From Neocallimastix sp. 'constans' (Eukaryota): a stretch of DNA of 57,513 bases. The notes below the pieces were generated by a model. It did no database searches and was not told where the DNA came from. It was given only the letters and a program-made list of their open reading frames with translations. Positions 39,299 through 52,300 of the stretch are shown piece by piece. Numbering within the stretch: the first letter of the stretch is position 1; every line of letters starts with the position of its first letter. The stretch is taken from the NCBI GenBank assembly GCA_050613775.1, contig JBODTK010000108.1:496001-553513 (forward strand), given 5' to 3'. A program made the translations under genes and the position numbers.

Positions 39299-40834
39299 AA
39301 TTAGATATTGAAATGAAAGCTTGTTGAATTTTTATTTTTTTTTTTTTTATCAAAAAATAGAATTTATTTTTTTTTATTTATAAGTATTATTATTATTATT
39401 TTTTTTTTAATAATATTTATTGAAAATGCGATAAGTAAAAATGTTGTAATGAGAAATAAATCCAATATATATATATATGAGAAAAAACTTTTATTTAAAT
39501 ATTACGATATTGAATTTATATTTATTTTTTTTTTTTTTAATATTTTGAATTAAGAATTATTTAATAGAAAACGATAATATATATATATATATAATTAAAT
39601 AAATATATTAAAATGAAAGCTTCCTCATTCAATTAATTCCCGAGGCAAAAAAAAAATCTTTTCTTTTCATATAATTATTATTTGTATAATTTAAATAAAT
39701 AAATAAATAATTAATTAATTAATTAAATATTTATATATATATATTAATTATTGTTACTCCAAAAAAAAAAATAAATATTGTTACAAAAATATTAATTTTT
39801 TTATTTTGAAATTTCTGTAGTTTCACTTCTATAATTAAATAATATGAATTTCAAAAAAAAAAAAAAAAAAAAAAAAAAAGGTTAATTTTTTAAATTGAAA
39901 TTTGAAATGTATATTATTTTACTTTTTATTTTAATAAATATATTTATATTTTTATATTTATTTTTATATTTATATTTATTATAATTTTTAATATATATAT
40001 ATATATTTTTTTTTATAGAAAGAAAATCTTATTTTTATAATAAATATTTATAATTTATATTTAAAATAATTTATATTTATTATAAAATTAAATTTATAAA
40101 TAAATTATTTTTAAAATAATTTTATTCGGAATATTATTATTAAAATATTTATTTATTCAATTGTTTATTTATTCATTTATTTATTAATTATTAAAATATT
40201 TATTTAATTATTAAAATATTTATTTATTTATTATTAAAACATTTACTTATTTATTATTAAAATATTTACTTATTTATTAGTTTAATATTTATTTATTCAA
40301 TTATTTATTTTATTATTTATTTATTCATCTACTTTTATATATAGAAATAAAATTTTAAATTTATTTTTTTTTAATATTTTTTAATTTAATTAAAATTTTT
40401 TCCAATTTTAGTGTCAATCTTAAAAAAATTTTTTTTTAATTTTTCCTTTTTATTTTTAATTAATTTTATTTCTTTATAATAAATAAAATTTTAAATAATA
40501 ATTTTGATTTTATTAATTTTTTTAATAATAATTTTGATTTAAAAATTAAAAATATATTTAATATTTAATATTTAAATATTTATAGACGACTCCCATTTTA
40601 TGTATAGATAAAACATTAACATTTATATCTATTTTAATGCTTTTTACCTTTAAATACTTTTTACTTTCATATTTTTTTAATACTTTTTACCTTTATATTT
40701 TAATATTTTTTTACCTTTATATTTTAATATTTTTTTACTTTTATATTTTATCTATATTTTATTTTTAAAAGAGAGAGAAAAAAAAAACATTCAATGAAGT
40801 ACATAAATAAAGAAATACAATAAAAAAAATCTTT

Positions 40835-41987
40835 TTATTAAGAATTTGGAATTTATATGTTAACTTTATTTAAAAGAATATATTATGATTAGGAGTTACT
40901 TTGAGTTACTTCTATTTTTTTAAGTTATATATTGTATTAAATAACATCCTCCTTCGAATATACATTTTGTAATTAAATAGTAAATTTATAAAGTTATTAT
41001 TCATTTAAAATTATATTAGATATTTGAAGTGATTATTTATTCTTCTAAGTTTGTAAACATATTATATTTTATTTAATTGAAGGATATTTCTAATTTTGGG
41101 GAATTGTGTATGAATTTTTATTAAATAAGTGTTATTTTCAGTTATATATTTAATATTGATTTACCAGAAAACATATAGATGAATTAAATGTAATGATTCG
41201 TGTATTATCATATTGAGTATTTTGTCATGTCATATAAACATTTCAAATATTTGGTTATAAGTTGTATCAAAAAATACTTATCTCGCTTCCCTCCCCAAAA
41301 TCCAAATATTTTATATCATTTTATATCAATTGAATTTTGGATTTTCTTATATCAAAATATCAAAATATCCTTATGTAATATCTTGTGTAGGTATATTATT
41401 TATCATAAATTATTTTAGGTTATATAATGCTCTTCACTCGAAGGAATCACAACAATCACATTCAGTGATTTAATGAGTTATCACTCGTCTATGCTTTATG
41501 TTATGTTGTAAATTGACTTATAGTTCTTTATATGTATTTGTTAATATAGTTGTAGTAGATACGTGCGTATGGTCTTAAGTGTAATGTTTTTTTTTTCCAG
41601 TTTAGCAATAACTTATACTTTTTAGATTAGCAATAACTGGTGATTGTGAATGTCATATAAACTACATATCATCTTATGGTAACATCCATAAGATTTTTGT
41701 TATAATAAGTAATTAGTTATCTTGAATAGTTTCAAATAGAGTCAGAGTCAGATGGGATTAAAATTTCATCGAATTCTATAACTCATTGGTTAAATATTAT
41801 ATTTTCCTATATTGAAGCTTCTAGCAATCTTTTGTATTGTAATTATATATGTATAGTTAATTGTATTAAGTATATGCTTTAGAGAACTTAGCAATAATCT
41901 TCAAGTTGTGTACTTTTGTTGGTAAGAGGTAACCAAAGTGTCGCTCTTTGTGGATAAGATGAAACCTTTTTATATCTTCTTTTTTGT

Positions 41988-42019
<32 letters not shown>

Positions 42020-42530
42020 GGATGAACCTTAAAATTACGTCGAGCGTAATAGTTGAATAATGTTTGTTGAAACTATTATTATGCTTATTTTATTTGTAAC
42101 TATAGTACCTTATATTTTTAATTTTTGTATTTGATATTTGACGTTTTGTGGATTAACGAATTAACCATTATTAATAGCTGATTTATTATTTAAATTTTTT
42201 ATTAATTTTAATTGAATACTCGTTAGGCTTTACAACAATCATTTATTACTTTATGATTAAGCTTTCTTTTTGGTTTCTGTCGTTTTAAATGATAAGGATT
42301 AGAATTTTCAATAATTTTCTCTTCCAGACATAATGTTAGGGGTTATATAATGATTTGTCCGGCTTAGGATTCATCTTTCGGAGAATCCTACTGAGAGTTA
42401 CGTCACTGAGACTCTTAATCTATTAGGAAATTGGAATTTATATATATTGAATGTATTATGATTAAGAGTTACTTTGAGTTACTTTCTATTCTTAAGTTAA
42501 CTAAAAAGATTTAAACTAAAACGAATTTAC
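40835..42530 (-). mobile_element. Highly decayed Ty1/copia LTR-retrotransposon relic with partial LTR pair
   Basis: Direct repeat attatgatta(g/a)gagttactttgagttactt..ctatt.ttaagtta at ~40883-40927 and ~42455-42499. On the minus strand a purine tract gaaggagga (40955-40947) directly precedes TGTTA. Minus-strand RT-like remnants SPVIANLKSI (~41620-41645) and RALYNLK* (~41410-41435; cf. KALYGLKQ). Confidence 0.62.
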
Positions 42531-43257
42531 ATGTATTTATATGTTTATCTTATGGCTTGTGCATTCATTTTATTACTATATACATTAATCTATTTGACAT
42601 GTATTAAATATACTTCAATTAAGTTATTTAATATTTTTTTAATAAATATGACACTTAATTTCATAATATACAAATATATAGAAATATATATAATCATTTT
42701 TATTTATTTGTTCACTTTTTTACTTTTTTATAAAAAAGTTTATTTTTTTTATAAGTCTGTTTTTTGTTTTATCTTAACTTTTATCATCATTATTATTATT
42801 TTTTTTCCTTTTTTTTTTTTTTAGTTCCATTTTCATCTTTACTTTTTATTTTTAAATACATATATATATATGCATTATATTTATTTATTTATTTATTCAA
42901 AAAGTTCTTCTCTTGTCAATCAACGTCAACCTTCACAATAATCAAAAAAATATTATAACTTTTTTTTTTTTTCTTTTAATTGAAAGTTTTATATTATTTT
43001 ATTATTTTATAAAAATTTCTTTTATTTAAAATAACTAGAAAATAAAAATACAAAAAATATATATATATATATAAATATATATATAAAATAAAAATAAAAA
43101 AAAATTTTTTATTTATTATAAATTATAAAGTATGTAAATATCTTTTTTGACCGTTAACTTTTTTTTTCTATTTCAATTAAAAAAAAAAAAAAGAAAAGTA
43201 ATAATCTTTTTATGATTATTGTGAAAATTGATAATTGACTGATAAGAGAAGATATTT

Positions 43258-43305
<48 letters not shown>

Positions 43306-43335
43306 ATATTTTTTTTTTTTAAAATATGTTATTGC

Positions 43336-43379
<44 letters not shown>

Positions 43380-43459
43380 CATATTTAAAAATATATTTTA
43401 AATCTTTATATCTATATCTATATATGAAGAGAGTCATAATATCAGTAATAAATATTCTA

Positions 43460-45010
43460 TTGTAGTTGGTATATATGGATGGTTTAATATAATATCTAAT
43501 TTATTAAATATAAATAGTTATAGAGAGAAGATCCTTTTTTTTTTTTTTTAGACAAGGAAGAGAATACACTTCTAGTGCTTTCTTAAATAGATAATTATAT
43601 TTTTATGTATTATATTTTTTTTTTAAAAAATACATTATATAATTTAAAGATAAAAAGAAAATTATTGTAAAAGATTAAGTAAAATATATAATAATAAAAA
43701 TAAAAAAAAAAAAAATAAAAAAATTTAATTAATCATAGAAAATTTAATGTAATAAAGAAGATAAGTTAAAAAAAGTTCGGTGTGATGTATACTATGTGTG
43801 GTAACATGATCACCAGCTAAATTCTAAAATAATAAAAACAAAGAAGATAGTGTAGTATCCACTAAACTCTTCCTTGAACCACAAGAAAGATCATCAAAAA
43901 ATTGAATTACTTACTATAGGTTCTGTGATAGAAATTGTTCTGTTAGTCAATGTGTATTGATGAGAATTAAAAGGACTTCTAACTGTACTATTCCTTTGTC
44001 ATACCAGTACAACCGTCAGCACTCATGGTAATGAAAGTGTTTTTTGCTAAACCTCTCAAAAAGTAACTCAAGAGAGCTACTGATAATCGGTATTGTATTA
44101 ACAAGATATTCCGAAAGCACCACAATACACGGATATACGGAACTGTAGATCCCTGTGAACTTTTTTAGGAGCTATTCACTTAAATATCCCTGTTTCCCTT
44201 CCCCAGTATCGAATTATAGCTCTTCTAAAGCTGAAATTCCACCAAGGAATATATAAATATACCTATTTATCTGTTTATGAAATTTTCATATTCTTAAATA
44301 TTAGAATAAGAAGGAAGTATGGAAAAGATTTTCTTACTTTATTGGCAAATAAAATGAAAAGGCCCTCAATGAAATCTTTACATTGACATATAGATGAAAT
44401 CTTTACATTGACATAGAGAAAAGATGGAACATTCAAATATCTAATGGATAAAAGATTGATCACCTTTTCTACAACAAGGGCAGAATTTAGGACATTCGTT
44501 AAGAAACTCTACCACTTCTGATTGCAATAATGGTATTATATTTATAACCTGCTCTTAATTTTAAGATCTTTTAAATGTTAATGGAACTTTATTATTGGAA
44601 AAAAAAAACTAGTAAAAGAAAATAAGGATTTTCTAATTTTAGTATTCATATAAGTGATAATAGGCTCAAGGGAAAAATCATGACTGAAGGGGATACCAAA
44701 GTAAATATACAAAGATTCTTTAGGGATAGATTACATACCAAGGTGAAATGTAGGTTCTTCATCACCAGGATATGAAACAAAATTTAAGGGTTTAATAATC
44801 ATCGTAGCGCATTTATTGATACCAAAAGACATTTCATTTTTATTAGTCCAACATGAAAAACATGACGAAGTAGAGCCTTCATTTTTCTTTCACTAGGGGT
44901 TATAAGAACAACGAAACATTTTTTATTACCAATACTAATACTAATATATGTGATGAAAGAAATATAAATAGTTTTATAGAGAAAAGATCCTTTTTTTTTT
45001 TAAAGAGGTT
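43460..45010 (+). mobile_element. Probable decayed LTR-retrotransposon (Ty3/gypsy-like) relic
   Basis: Direct repeat aaatataaatagtt..atagaga.aagatcctttttt at ~43506-43545 and ~44960-45000 brackets a GC-richer, stop-ridden interior. Weak integrase-like remnants (GLKGKIMTEGD, SLGID) at ~44660-44740. Confidence 0.42.
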
Positions 45011-45409
45011 AAGCTTTTATTAAAGATTTTTATAAAATATAAAAAAACTTTTATTATCTTATTAATATATATATATATATATATATTTATTTATAACTAA
45101 TTAAAATAAAATAAATAAAAAAAATTAAATATATAATATAAATAAAAATTATTATCCATGTTTTAATATCTATTATTTAGACAAAAAAAAAATCTATTAC
45201 ATTTTTTTTAAAGATATAAAAGAGAAAAATAGAGAGAAATATAAAATTTTTTTTAAAAAAAAATATCTTAGTTCCATTTGAATTAGGAATTATGAAATAT
45301 AATTTTTTTTTAAAAAAAAAGGAGAGAAAGAGATGTAGATGTAGGCCAACTCTTTTTATTTTCATCGGTTAAAAAAAAAAAAAAAAAAAAAAAAAGAATT
45401 TTTTAAGGA

Positions 45410-45780
45410 TCTTAATTTTTCAATGTTATATTTGGGAATCTTTGACACTTATGCATGTATGATCCATTACTTTACCATTATTAGTGGTATTGCTCAAGGC
45501 ATGGGACTATAGGACTATTTTTTTTAGACTTAGAGAAAACTTTATTAAATTTATAATAATAAAAAGAAGCAATAGTTTCTAACTTTTCCCATTCATCGAT
45601 AATAACACCACGTCCATTATTGCGAGCAATAATTTCGGTATTATAGAACTATAATATAAAAATTTATATATATATATACATAATATGTATTTAATGAATA
45701 TAATTTTTTTTTTTTCATGAATGGTATAAACTTTATGGTTGGGCAATAAAACTTTTGAAATTTCGTTAACTGCCAAATAA
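45410..45780 (-). pseudogene. Unidentified coding-like fragments, possibly intron-split
   Basis: GC-richer patches translating as AVNEISKVLLPNHKVYTIHE, FYNTEIIARNNGRGVIIDEWEKLETIASF and SHALSNTTNNGKVMDHTCISVKDSQI*, separated by AT-rich spacers ending in TAG. No family recognised. Confidence 0.3.
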
Positions 45781-47736
45781 AAAAAAGGATAAAATAATAA
45801 ATTTGAGAAAGTAGTTACTTTTTTTTTATTTAAGGAAATATTTACTAAATAATAAAAAAATTAAAAATAAAAAAAGAAAGAAAATAAAATAAAAAAAATT
45901 ATTTCTTAATATATATATATATATATATTTATTTTTAATATTATATTTGAAAAAAAAAATTGATATTAAAAAATCAAAAAAAAAAAAAAAACATAAAATA
46001 AAAAGAAAAATTTATAAACATTTTTTTAAATTTATATATATATATTATTATAGATTATACTATATCTTAATTTAAAATGAAATTTCATATTTATATGAAT
46101 AATTAATAAATAGTGAATAAAGTTTTTTTTTTTAAACTTTATGTTATTTTATTTTAATCTTTTTATTACTTTTTATTTATTATTAAAAACAGAAAATAAA
46201 CTATTTAAGTTTGATAATATAAATTAAATGATGATTACTTTTACTTTTTTTTTTTTATTTAAAAACAAAAAAATTTTTTTAATAAAAATAATAATAAATA
46301 TAATAGTTTTAACAAGTTTATATTTATATTCATAATAACTATTTTTTATTTATTTATTTTTTTTTTTATAAATTATAAACTTTTAAATATTTAATGGCAA
46401 TTTTTAAATTTTTTAATATTTTATTTTTTTTTTTTCATATAATATATATATATTTTTTTTATTTAATTAAAAAATAATAAAATTAAACTACTTTTAATTA
46501 TGTAAATTCAACTTTTTTATTTTTTCTATACTTTTCTTCTAATAATGTAATATGTACATAAAGTAAAAAAAAAAAAAAAAAAATAATTATAATAAAATAT
46601 ATAAAGTTATTGTTTATATTTCATCTTTTTTTTTTTTATTTTTTTTTATTTTTATGAATCTTTAATTGTTTATATTTCTTTCTTTCTTTTTATTTTTTTT
46701 AATTTTTAAGAATCGTTAATATATTTAAGAATAAAGCTAGTTAAAGTATTACTATTTAATATATTAGTAGTGTAAAAACTATTACATAACCATCTTTTCG
46801 ATGATTATTACCTATGGAAATGAAATTTATCTATTAATAATAAAATTGAATCTGTTTTTTTTTTATTTATTTATTTATTTATTTTTTTTTTCAAAAGTTT
46901 AAAAAAATAAATTTTATAAAGATTATCCGTCTATTTCATTATATTTTATTTTTATTTTTTTTTTTTTAAAATTTCATTAATGAATTGAAAGAAAGTTAAA
47001 AAAGAAAAAAAAAATTTTTTTTTTTTAAAGTAGATTTAATTAAATTTTAATTTTTTTTTTTTTAAAAAAATTTTTTTTCTCTCAATAAAAAATAATATAA
47101 AATAAAAAAAATTAAAATATTAACATTATTATGATTTATTTATTAATTTTTTATATACATTTTATTATTTTATTTATTTTTTAATTGTAATTTTATTTTA
47201 TTTCATTTTTATACAACTAAATGTCATTATGTAACCAATTTTCAGTTAATGATTAATGAAATTCAATTAAGGATTAAATTTAACATATATATATTTTATA
47301 TTAATATTTCATATTAATAGGATAGAATAAACAATAATAATTAATAGTTTTTTTTGATAATACGATATCATAAATAACATTAATAAAAATAACAATATCT
47401 AATAATAATTATATTCACATTAATAATGTTGTTAATTATTTTTATTTTTATTTATTGTAATAATGTATGTATGAGGTGGAATCATTTAATATCATTATTA
47501 AAAAAAAAGAAAATAGTAATTTTAAAGTTTTTTTTTTTTTTTTTTTTTTTTTAATTAATTTTAATTTTATTATATTATATCAAATATAAAATTTTTTTAA
47601 ATATTTAAATCTACCTAAAAAATAATATATTTATTAAATATTTTTTTTCTTTGAATTATAAACCTTTTAGTTTTTTTTTTTTTCTTTTCTTTATTTAAAT
47701 AAAAATAAAATAAAAATTAAAATAAATTTATAATAA

Positions 47737-47787
<51 letters not shown>

Positions 47788-49346
47788 AAAATTTTTTTTT
47801 TTAAAAAAAAAAATTGTTTATATATTTTAAAATTAAAAAAATTTAAAATTTAATTTATTTATTTATTTTTTTTTTTTTAAAAAAAATTAATTAAATTTTA
47901 TTAAAATTAAAATTTTAATAAGAAAGAAAATTTTTTAACTTCTCTTTGATTTGTTTTAATTTTTATTTTTTACTTTATTTTTTATTTCACTTCACTCCAA
48001 TTTCATTCCATTTTATTTGACCTTATTCATTTCATTTTATTTTGTTTTAACGTTTTTAAAATTAAAAAAAATAAAATAAAATGAATATTTATTATTATTT
48101 TAAATTTTAAAATTTCATTTATTAAATATTTAATAAATTAAAATTTTTTTAAAAAAAAATTGTTGAGTTTGCTGCATTAAAAAAAAAAATAAAATAAAAT
48201 AAAATAAAATAATTATAATAATAATAATAATATTATTATTATTTATATTTTAATTATGTTATTTTTATTTTTTTATATATTTATATAGAAAGTTATAATT
48301 TAAATTTATAATAAAATAAAAAACATTATAGATGACAGATAGATATAAAATAAGATTTAATAAACATTAATAATTTAATAACAAAAATCTACATAAGAAA
48401 AAAAAAAACATAAGAAATAAAAAAAATAAAAAATCAAAACAACAGCAAAAAACATAAAAAAAACAAAACAAAACAAAAAAACTAAATAAAAAAAAATAAC
48501 AACAATAAAAAAAAAAGTAAAATTATTAATAGTTTTATATAAAAAAATTTCGAACTAAATCAAAGTTTTTTTTTTTTTTTTTTAATTTTTTTATTTTTTA
48601 TTTGTTATTAATTTAATTTTATATCCTTGAGTATATAATTAAAAATTTTTTATTTATTTATAATATTTATAATATTTAATGTTTGTATAAGGTACTTATT
48701 TAAATATTATTTATTTTCTTTTTTTTTTTTTTTTTTAAATTTATTTTAAAAATTTTTTTTTTTTTTTATTTTTAATTTGTTTTCATTTTTTCTTTCTTTT
48801 TTAATTCATTCTATATTTTTTTAATTTAGTAGATAGCTTATTGAAAAAAAAAATATAGAAAAATTACACCAAAAAAAAATAATATATAAATAATTTGTAT
48901 AAGAAATAGATGAATTTAAAAGAGAAAAAAGAAATCAGAAAATGATAATTAATTGAAAATAATAAATCTTAATAAAAAAAATAACTAGAAAGATAACAAC
49001 AATAACAATAAAAAAAAATAAAAATAAAAATAAATATATAAATATATTTTAAATATTCACAATAAAAGATTTTAAAATATTAATAATAATAAAAACAGAA
49101 TATTTTTATAAATTTTTGTTCATAAATTAATTTTTTTTTTCTACTTTTTGATATATAATACCTAATTTTTTTTTTTTTTTTTGTTATTTTTGATATATTG
49201 AATATATTGAATTTATAGTAATTATTAATTCCTAGCTAATATTTCATAATTTAATTATTAATAATCATAATAATTAAGAGAAAACAAATAAATAAATAAA
49301 AAGTAAAAAAAAAAAAAATATTATATAAAAAAAAAAAGATTCCAAA

Positions 49347-52300
49347 ATGATTCTAAAGAAAATGTAACTATGAATTTTTCATATATATAATTATTTTTTT
49401 CATAATTTTTTTTTATAACTTATATTTATCTATAATAATTGATTATATAATATTTCATAATAAAATATTAATGATTATTATTTATAATATTTATTTATTA
49501 TATATATATATATACGAATTATATAAAAAATATAAAATTAAAAATCTACATTATATTACTATAATTATATATGTATGACAATATAAAATGGAACATGTAA
49601 ATAAAATAAAAATAACAAAAACCAAAAAAAATTAAAAATCAATATAATACTAAAAAAAACAAACAAAAAATATGAAATAAAATATTAAAAAAAATCAATA
49701 ATAAAAATCAATAATAAAAATCAATAATAAAAATCAATAATAAAAATCAATAATAAAAATCAATAATAAAAATCAATAATAAAAATCAATAATAAAAATC
49801 AATAATAAAAATCAATAATAAAAATCAATAATAAAAATCAATAATAAAAATCAATAATAAAAAAATCAATAATAAAAAAATCAATAATAAAAAAATCAAT
49901 AATAAAAAAATCAATAATAAAAAAATCAATAATAAAAAAATCAATAATAAAAAAATCAATAATAAAAAATCAATAATAAAAAATCAATAAAAAATTAAAA
50001 AATTAAAACAGAAAAAGGTCCCTTTTTCTTTTATGTTTGAGCCATGTCTATATAAAATTCGTGAATTCAACTGGATTACAATCTTGTACTCCAAATACTA
50101 GTACTAACCCTACTGCCCCTGATGTAGGTTATTGTCTTGATGGTACTATAATTAAAAAAGTTACTACTGCAGGTACTGCTGGTTCTGCAGCATTTGGTAA
50201 AGGTGGATTACCTTCTGGAAATGTTTTATTTAATGCCTCCTTTAATCTTATATCTTCAGGGGATGACACTGTAACAGGTGATGGGTATTCTTGTGGCGCC
50301 TCAGGATGTACTCCAATTAAAGAGGAATCTACATATTATAATTCACAAGCTAAAACTTTATCATGTGCCTATTTAAAATGTAATACGTCTTCATCTTGTA
50401 CATGCGCAGATGGTGGACCAAATCAATCCTATTTTGATAATTTTACTAAAAAAGTTATCAATTGTTCCAGTAGTAAATGTACTCTTAGTACAGTTACTGG
50501 TTATTATATTGATTATGGTATTGTTGATAGTACTAGTAATGGTTGTACTAATCTTATAACATGTAGTGATAATAAATGTAATTCAGTCGCAATTCTTGAT
50601 GACAAAACACAATTCTATTTAAATTCTGGCTTAAATAAATCTTCATATCCTATTATATATTTTGAACCATCATCATCTGGAGGATCAGGAGGATCAGGAG
50701 GAGGATCACTAACAGCTCGTGCACCAACAGATACTAGTAAGGTATTTGTGGATACCGCCACAAAATCTGGGGAAAATTATAAAAATATTATTGTCTGTTC
50801 CTCTACAACAAAATGTTCCTCCGTCACCTACGAATCAGGTATATTTTTAAATGGTGATCCAGCTGCTGGTACAACTACTGATTCAAATAGTTCAACAATT
50901 ATTGAAGATCATCTCATTGAATGTTCTTCGACCGGATGTAGTGTAAAGATAGTAGCTGATGAGACAGGCGATAATTCAGATAATTTATATTATGTTGATG
51001 GACTTTCTTCAAAGCTGATTCAATGTGTTGGTTCTGCTAGTGCTAGTGCTAGTACTAGTCCTAGTACTAGTACTAATCCTAGTGGTAGCGGTAGAAAAAG
51101 ATCCAATGCTACTGCTAATATAACATGCTCTATTTATACTGGTACTACTGCTGGTAAATATTATCTTGATTACGCTTCACCTTCATCATCAAGTAAATGT
51201 AAAGATACAACTAATAGTAAGGAAAACGGTGAATTTGGACCCGGTAATGCCAAAGGATTTTGTAGTTTAAATATTATATCATGTGATAAATCTCAATTGT
51301 GTACCTCTAAAATCATTTCTACTAACAGTCAATATATCGATGGTGACAAAGATACAAATCTTCTTATGTGTGCCTCATTTGAAGAAGATTTCTTCTGTAC
51401 CTCTGTTCAAGCTAAAAATTTATCTTATTATTATATTAACACTGGCAATACCAGTAAATATCCATTATTATATTGTGGTGTAGATACTAACACAGAAAAA
51501 TGTATTGGAAGAGAAGCTTCTACAAATGGTTATTATTTGACAGATAGTACTATACCAACTGAATATGGTCAAAATTATGTTGGCTACTTTATTAGTTGCT
51601 CCAGTACCACTAAATGTGATCTATCCACAGATTTAGCTAATAAAGGTTTTTATTTGAATGCAGCCCCTAACGATAATTCTATGGCATTAATTTATTATGA
51701 TTCAGATGATAATTTAATGAGAGAAGAACCCGCCGAAGGCGATTCCTACTATTTAGATGCTTCCTCCCTCATGACCAATGAATACGCTAATTTAATTTAT
51801 TGTGAAACATCAAAGAAATGTGAATCTCTTGATCCTAATGACGGTTATTACATTAACGCTGCTGGAGATGATACAGATGAACTGTACGATAGAGTGATCA
51901 AGTGTGATAAAACCGGCTGTGATATCAGTGACAGAGTTCAAAGTTGTGTCGTTGAAAATGGTGATGTCGTCTTAAAACCCGGTAATTACTGTTTCCAAAA
52001 GGTAATTGGTGACGAACAAAATGACTTAAACTTTGTTCTCAGTGAATTTACCATTACCAAGGATAGCATTGAACCCTCAAACCAAAATATTACGTATATT
52101 AGTAGTGGCGCTAATTATCATTATGTAACAGTTACCTCTGGTAATTTCCCTGGAGTTACGGGTACTTTGACTACTCTTTTCGAAGTGAAGTCCAATTCTA
52201 TCTCGAGAGTAGTTAGTAACGGTTTGTACATCATTAATCCTAAAAATGAAAGAGTTGAATCCGTCAGCGGCTCTATTGACATCAGTAAGTCCTACGCAAT

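Noticed and set aside
4780..45365. Numerous 60-100 aa F/Y/I/L-rich ORFs (e.g. 4780, 7319, 9295, 9964, 24527, 24867, 30335, 42531, 42764, 45177)
   Set aside because: Products of T-rich or (TTTA)n low-complexity DNA lacking stop codons by chance.
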